Below the pieces are notes generated by a model that made no database searches, was not told the origin of the DNA, and saw nothing but the letters and a program-made list of their open reading frames with translations. A DNA stretch of 64,000 bases from Candidatus Calditenuaceae archaeon HR02. GTDB lineage: Archaea > Thermoproteota > Nitrososphaeria_A > Caldarchaeales > Calditenuaceae. The stretch covers positions 1 to 64,000 of the forward strand of contig BEHE01000006.1 in NCBI GenBank assembly GCA_002898395.1, in the 5' to 3' direction. Below, one piece after another: positions 59,278 through 64,000 of this stretch. Every line of letters begins with the position of its first letter. Within the stretch, counting starts at the first letter, position 1. Position numbers and translations under genes: made by a program.

Positions 59278-59840
59278 GTAGCGAGGAGCAGCAGGAGAGG
59301 ACGAGGCAGCTTGCTGAGCTAAAGGCCTGGATTGAGCGGAGAGTAATCGAGCTGAGCCAGGAGCTTAACATGCTCAAGAGGATGGGAAGCTACGTAGACG
59401 AGCTGTTGGCCGAGCTGAGCTTCAGGAAGGCAGACACTCTGGCAAAGACCGTGGAGCAGCCTGCTCCAACCCCCCCGCAGGCCCAGGCTGAGAGGCCCAT
59501 GGTCCGCTCAATAAGGGGTAGGACGGGGGCCAACCTCGCGACCGTAAGCTACACCAAGGACGAGGTAAGGTTCCAGCTAAGCCCCGGAGTGGAGCTTAGA
59601 GGCGACGACAAGCCCTTCACATCCTTCCTCCTCAGAAAGGTGCTTGACCAGATGGTTGAGGCTGATAGGAGGAGGGCGGAGACAGGCGAGATCGACCCTG
59701 AGAAGGTTCTGAGCTACGAGATAGTCTACGACGGGGACAGGGTCAAGGAGATACTTGTGAGGAATTATCGGGAGGATTCTAGGCTGAGGGAGCTAATAAG
59801 CTCGGTTAGGTGGACGCTCGAGACGGTCTCAACCCGGTAG
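59274..59840 (+). CDS. Conserved hypothetical protein (N-terminal coiled coil); start possibly CTG 59274, else 59370
   Basis: Frame is open from 59268 with coding-like SSEEQQERTRQLAELKAWIERR. C-terminal NYR...RL.EL..SVRWTLE. Confidence 0.7.
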   Translation: MSSEEQQERTRQLAELKAWIERRVIELSQELNMLKRMGSYVDELLAELSFRKADTLAKTVEQPAPTPPQAQAERPMVRSIRGRTGANLATVSYTKDEVRFQLSPGVELRGDDKPFTSFLLRKVLDQMVEADRRRAETGEIDPEKVLSYEIVYDGDRVKEILVRNYREDSRLRELISSVRWTLETVSTR

Positions 59841-59910
59841 TGTGCAGGCCTTCTGAGAGGCGCAATACTTATCAAAGCGTCTCTCCGTCATCTGGGCAGA
59901 CCTGCAAAAT

Positions 59911-62691
59911 ATGAGGGGGATAGCTCTCGCAATCACAGCGGTCCTCGCCATCCTCGCCTGGATACTGCTCAACACACAAACAGCCGAGGCCGCACAGATA
60001 ACCATAACGGTCCAGGACTTCCATGGAAACCCCCTCCCAGGAGCCTACGTCTGCCTAAAAAACGCGACAGCCTGTTATCAGAGCATCACCAACAACAACG
60101 GCGTAGCAACATTCAACGACATGAACCCCAAAGGGGTATACGAGCTAAACGTGACATATCGCGGTGTGATGGTCAGACAATTCAATCCCTGGAACTACAG
60201 CGATTCTGCCTCTCCTAAGACCATTAAGACCGGCGTCTTCAATGTTAAGGTCTGTGTCGTGTCGTGGGATGGGGTCCAGCCCGTACAGGGCGCCACCGTG
60301 GAAGTGAGATCGGATGTGACAGATCCCGACGTAAATGTGGAGCAACAGACTGGCAGCGATGGGTGCGCAACCTTCCCAAGACTCCCCGGGAACGATACCT
60401 TATACATTTACAACTCCACCTACAGCCACCAAGTCTTCCAACTCCAGATTAAAAGTAGCGAAAACACAGTCAACCTAAACGAGGCCAACTATAACAACAT
60501 CGCCATCACGCTCCCCCTCTACCGTCTCCGCCTCACACTCCAGGACAGGGAGGGGAGACCCATTCAGGGCATCCAGACCCTGCTATGGCGGGAGGAGAGG
60601 TCGGGCCAGCCCCAGATGACTGCAACGAGCGGCTCAGACGGGGTCGTAGTCTTCAGCCTGCTCCCTCAGGGCCGATACATCTACGAAGTCGTGTATAAGG
60701 AAGACACGGTATATGCTGTAGACCCACCCGAATTGGTTGCTGCTAACCGTGACAGAGGGCCTATCAGGCTTCCGCTCACACGCCTGACGGTGGAGGTTTA
60801 TGACCTCAAGAACAAGCCCCTAACCGCATATAGCAGAAGCTACCAGCTAGCCGCAAGACTGTACGTAGACGCTAGGCTCTATCTCGAGGTCAGCGAGGGC
60901 AGCGGGGTCATCAGCATGGGATACGTCTATGATGAGAGGGATTATCGCCTGACGCTACTGTTCGAGGGCCAGGAGGTCGCCTCAAGCATCCTACAAAGCG
61001 ACGATATACAGACAGGGAGGGTTAGGGTCCAAGCCAGATTCGGAGATTTCACAATCACTCTGGACAGCTCAGGATTCTTCGGGAACCTCCCAAGAATCAT
61101 CGCACAGAAATCTATCATAAGGCTCTCGGCAGGCGGATACCAGCTCACCGAGCCATTCAGTGGTGGGGGCGCCGTAACCCTCCGCGACCAGCCAATCGTG
61201 AGATACAGCTATACGATCATACTTGACGGCGCGGTGATCGGAGAGGGCGAGTTAACACCCACGCACGGGGCATCCAGCACTGTTAGGCCAAACTCCCACA
61301 CCGTCTCGGCTCGCGCGTTGTCTCTAGACGAGAAGCCAGTCGCAGGAGTCATTAAAATATTCTATGGAGGCGAGACCTTGGGAACCGTAGACATCGCACG
61401 CGAGGGAGGCCGGATTGAGGGCCTGGCCAAGCTATCCTACAGGTACTCCTTCACCTACATGGGGGTCGAGGTTGCATCAGGCAACCTAGAAGCCGAGGCT
61501 GTCGGGGCGGGTGATCTCTTCATAAGGGCTGGAGTCGCCGATGTCCATGCGAAGATACTAGATAACGCAGGGGAGAACCCACTCGCCGGCGCGGTAGCCA
61601 CACTCACAGTAGCATCCTACAAACAAGACTCCCTGACGGATGGGGAGGGGCTCGTATCCTTCCCAGACGCACCCCTCACCACAGGCACAATCACGATACA
61701 CTATCAGGGCGTGAAGGTCTACTCAGCGCCTATCACCTACTCCCCCGAGCAGAGGAGTGTTGAGATACGGAATACAGGCGTCTACACCATGACATTCAGG
61801 ATACTCGACGGCGAAGGCGACCCGCTGGCAGGCGCGGAGTTCAAGCTAAAAGTCGGGACACTATCAGTTGCGGAGACGCTTAGGGAGGGCGGCGAGCTCA
61901 CTCTGAAGCTCATTCCCAACGGGACGCTCTCACTATCGGTTAACTACATGGGTGTGGGCGTCTATACAGGCTCCCACCGCCCCATCATGAATGGTGAGCT
62001 GGTGGAGATTGTCGCTAAGGTCTACAGGCTCCAGGTCGAGGTGTATGCGGTGGGGATGGAGGGGAGGGAGCTGCTGAGGGGCGCCCAGCTCCTATTTGAG
62101 AGGGAGGAGAGGAGGCTCGCGGAGGCCAGCATGGACAGTGGGACAGCTACACTGAGGCTCCCAGCCGGAGACTACACCATCCGAGTCAACTATAAGGGGG
62201 TGCCCGTGGCCGACAGACTCATATCACTAACCGGCACGCAGAAGGTGGTCATAGATGCCGCCGTATACGAGTTTGCCGTAAAGATCTTTGGACTAGACGG
62301 CAATCCCGCAGCGAACCTCACGGTCAAGCTTCTAAGGGAGGGCTCAGAAGAGCCGATAGAAGAGCTTAAGACAAACAGCGAGGGCGCCGCATCCATGGTA
62401 ATCCCCGGCGGCCTGTACAACATAGTATACGGGGACGGAGGAGCCACAAACACTGTGAGGATTCCGGTCAAGTCTGCGTCGAGCCAAACTCTCCTATACG
62501 GTGAAGCACGCTCCAACAGTCTCTATCCACTCATCGCGGCTCCAGCACTAGTTGCATTATCTATATATGGACTACTAAACTCCTTCAGGGTAAAGCATAG
62601 GGCAAGACAACCCAGCACACAGCCCAGAGAGAGGAGAGGAGCATCGGAATGGGTTCGGAGGAGCAGGGAAAAATTGAGAAAGAACGTCTAA
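59911..62691 (+). CDS. Large cell-surface protein with tandem carboxypeptidase-regulatory/CnaB-like beta domains
   Basis: Signal peptide, repeated D..G.P..GA.V...T...G.A.F..L motifs, C-terminal TM and basic tail. Confidence 0.85.
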   Translation: MRGIALAITAVLAILAWILLNTQTAEAAQITITVQDFHGNPLPGAYVCLKNATACYQSITNNNGVATFNDMNPKGVYELNVTYRGVMVRQFNPWNYSDSASPKTIKTGVFNVKVCVVSWDGVQPVQGATVEVRSDVTDPDVNVEQQTGSDGCATFPRLPGNDTLYIYNSTYSHQVFQLQIKSSENTVNLNEANYNNIAITLPLYRLRLTLQDREGRPIQGIQTLLWREERSGQPQMTATSGSDGVVVFSLLPQGRYIYEVVYKEDTVYAVDPPELVAANRDRGPIRLPLTRLTVEVYDLKNKPLTAYSRSYQLAARLYVDARLYLEVSEGSGVISMGYVYDERDYRLTLLFEGQEVASSILQSDDIQTGRVRVQARFGDFTITLDSSGFFGNLPRIIAQKSIIRLSAGGYQLTEPFSGGGAVTLRDQPIVRYSYTIILDGAVIGEGELTPTHGASSTVRPNSHTVSARALSLDEKPVAGVIKIFYGGETLGTVDIAREGGRIEGLAKLSYRYSFTYMGVEVASGNLEAEAVGAGDLFIRAGVADVHAKILDNAGENPLAGAVATLTVASYKQDSLTDGEGLVSFPDAPLTTGTITIHYQGVKVYSAPITYSPEQRSVEIRNTGVYTMTFRILDGEGDPLAGAEFKLKVGTLSVAETLREGGELTLKLIPNGTLSLSVNYMGVGVYTGSHRPIMNGELVEIVAKVYRLQVEVYAVGMEGRELLRGAQLLFEREERRLAEASMDSGTATLRLPAGDYTIRVNYKGVPVADRLISLTGTQKVVIDAAVYEFAVKIFGLDGNPAANLTVKLLREGSEEPIEELKTNSEGAASMVIPGGLYNIVYGDGGATNTVRIPVKSASSQTLLYGEARSNSLYPLIAAPALVALSIYGLLNSFRVKHRARQPSTQPRERRGASEWVRRSREKLRKNV

Positions 62692-63230
62692 GCCGCGGCC
62701 GACGGCTAGCCAGGTCGCTCATACCGCTCATCCTCGCTGTGGGGCTCGCGCTTTTAGGCTACCTCCTTTTGGGAGCATTGATGAGAACCGATACACCTTT
62801 AGTTGTCGTCCCGACCGGGAGCATGCGTCCCACAATAGAGGTGGGGGACATTCTCCTAATCCAGGGCGTGAAGCCTGATGAGATAGCCGCAGACCCTGTC
62901 CACGGAGATGTTATAGTCTTCTGGCAGCCGGGAGGTAACGTGAGAATAGTTCACAGGGCGATAGGGAAGACAGATTATGGCGTAATCACGAAGGGCGACG
63001 CAAACGCTTACCCAGACTTCTTCTCACCAGTCCCCTACAGCTTGATCGTTGGAAAGTGGACGGGGGTCAAGATACCGGCTTGGACAGGAGTAGGCTACAT
63101 AGCCCTCATACTTAGGGGCGAGCTCTACCCACCACTCGGCCAGATAATCTGGATCACAATAATCCTCGCCAACATACTCCTGATAGCTAGGGAGGTATTT
63201 TCCTCTCCAAAGAGTAAAGCCTCTCCCTGA
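62649..63230 (+). CDS. sec11: Signal peptidase I (Sec11 type)
   Basis: TGSMRPT..VGD, GDVIVF, IVHR and TKGDAN..PD motifs. Confidence 0.93.
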   Translation: MGSEEQGKIEKERLSRGRRLARSLIPLILAVGLALLGYLLLGALMRTDTPLVVVPTGSMRPTIEVGDILLIQGVKPDEIAADPVHGDVIVFWQPGGNVRIVHRAIGKTDYGVITKGDANAYPDFFSPVPYSLIVGKWTGVKIPAWTGVGYIALILRGELYPPLGQIIWITIILANILLIAREVFSSPKSKASP

Positions 63231-63957
63231 CGGCTCCGACCAGCTGCCCCAGCCTGCCACCGCCCGCAAGCCTGGCTGAGTCTTCTATGAAGACTCGGGC
63301 CTCTGAGAGGAGTCTGAGGGCCTCGTCACGCCTATTCATGCCGAGGAAGGGCTCAACCCTAGAGAGCCTCACAGCAGCCTCTACCAAGAGGGCGGCGGAG
63401 CGAGAATAGGGCCTCGCAGGAGCAGGCCTATACTTGAGGGACTGGGGGGAGGCGCGGACTTGAAGCCAGACATCACCACGCACAACCTCATCAACTAGGA
63501 ACTCGGAGACAGCCGACGCCTCGCACAGGACCGGCACACCCAACACCTCACCCAAACCAAAGCTCATAGGCACAACACTAAGGTCGAGTGCAGCCTCGAC
63601 GATATACTCAGGAGAAGCAATATTCACCGCGCCACGCCCCGTCCTCAAGATGTTCCGCGCAGTCTGAGACTCGACATGAGGCTTCAGAAGGAACGCAAGG
63701 GACCTAGAGACGACCCTGCACCCCATCGCCGAGGCATGTGGAGAACCATCCTCGTTAAAGGTAGTAACCACAACCTCGTAGTGAACACCCTCCTCAAAGC
63801 CCAGCACATCAAAGAGGTTCGACGGATGCGCAATAACCCAGCCAGACACACTCAGACCGTCCAAGCCCGAGTACCACCTCGAAAAAGCAGCTGAGCAGAT
63901 AAAGCTACACAACAATTTAAGTGAGAGTTGTCGTATGGATATGCGGTTTGGTGACAA
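63187..63957 (-). CDS. DUF447 family protein (true start probably downstream of 63957)
   Basis: YEVVVTT...PHASAMG, TARNI and R...LLVEAAV..SR motifs. Confidence 0.75.
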   Translation of the reverse strand: MSPNRISIRQLSLKLLCSFICSAAFSRWYSGLDGLSVSGWVIAHPSNLFDVLGFEEGVHYEVVVTTFNEDGSPHASAMGCRVVSRSLAFLLKPHVESQTARNILRTGRGAVNIASPEYIVEAALDLSVVPMSFGLGEVLGVPVLCEASAVSEFLVDEVVRGDVWLQVRASPQSLKYRPAPARPYSRSAALLVEAAVRLSRVEPFLGMNRRDEALRLLSEARVFIEDSARLAGGGRLGQLVGAVRERLYSLERKIPP

Positions 63958-64000
63958 GCGTATCCTACACCACGGCTCTATCCGTAGCGAGCCTCAGGAA

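Noticed and set aside
1-64000. CRISPR array, cas genes or rRNA
   Set aside because: No regularly spaced 24-40 bp repeats, no cas motifs and no rRNA-like sequence were seen.

Overview
Archaeal chromosome segment from a thermophilic TACK archaeon, most plausibly Caldarchaeales/'Aigarchaeota'. The taxonomy is inferred from BHB-intron tRNAs, a thermosome, an ATP-dependent ligase, Sec11, a TackOD1-like domain and IPCT/DIPPS. Bases 1-27.4 kb are a decaying accessory region around tRNA-Phe and tRNA-Arg. It holds a free-standing LAGLIDADG gene, an AAA ATPase, IS1595/IS6 remnants, two MITE families, HEPN-MNT and VapBC pairs, many pseudogenes and some metabolic genes (aldo/keto reductase, Clp1, IPCT/DIPPS, GH151-like hydrolase, S1 protease). 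Bases 27.4-43.8 kb are an unusually organised type IV pilus locus: ATPase, TadC-like platform, six class III signal-peptide proteins, Thr-rich proteins and an embedded glycosylation cassette. Bases 43.8-64 kb are mostly housekeeping (HemK, CoxMS, CtaB, Pat-like acetyltransferase, tRNA-Glu, thermosome, Nfo, RFAP synthase, ligase, Sec11), plus an IS110 and an IS6 remnant. Best novelty candidates: (1) a very divergent IS110/Nop-like gene (6478-7325) that lacks the recombinase serine loop and whose 3' end overlaps a ~152-nt hairpin with several G-U pairs, a candidate RNA-guided system; (2) LAGLIDADG elements placed convergently at the 3' ends of both intron-containing tRNAs; (3) the mirror-arranged pilin locus with its own glycosylation genes. 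No CRISPR array or rRNA was seen. All family calls come from motif recognition by eye; no database search was run.
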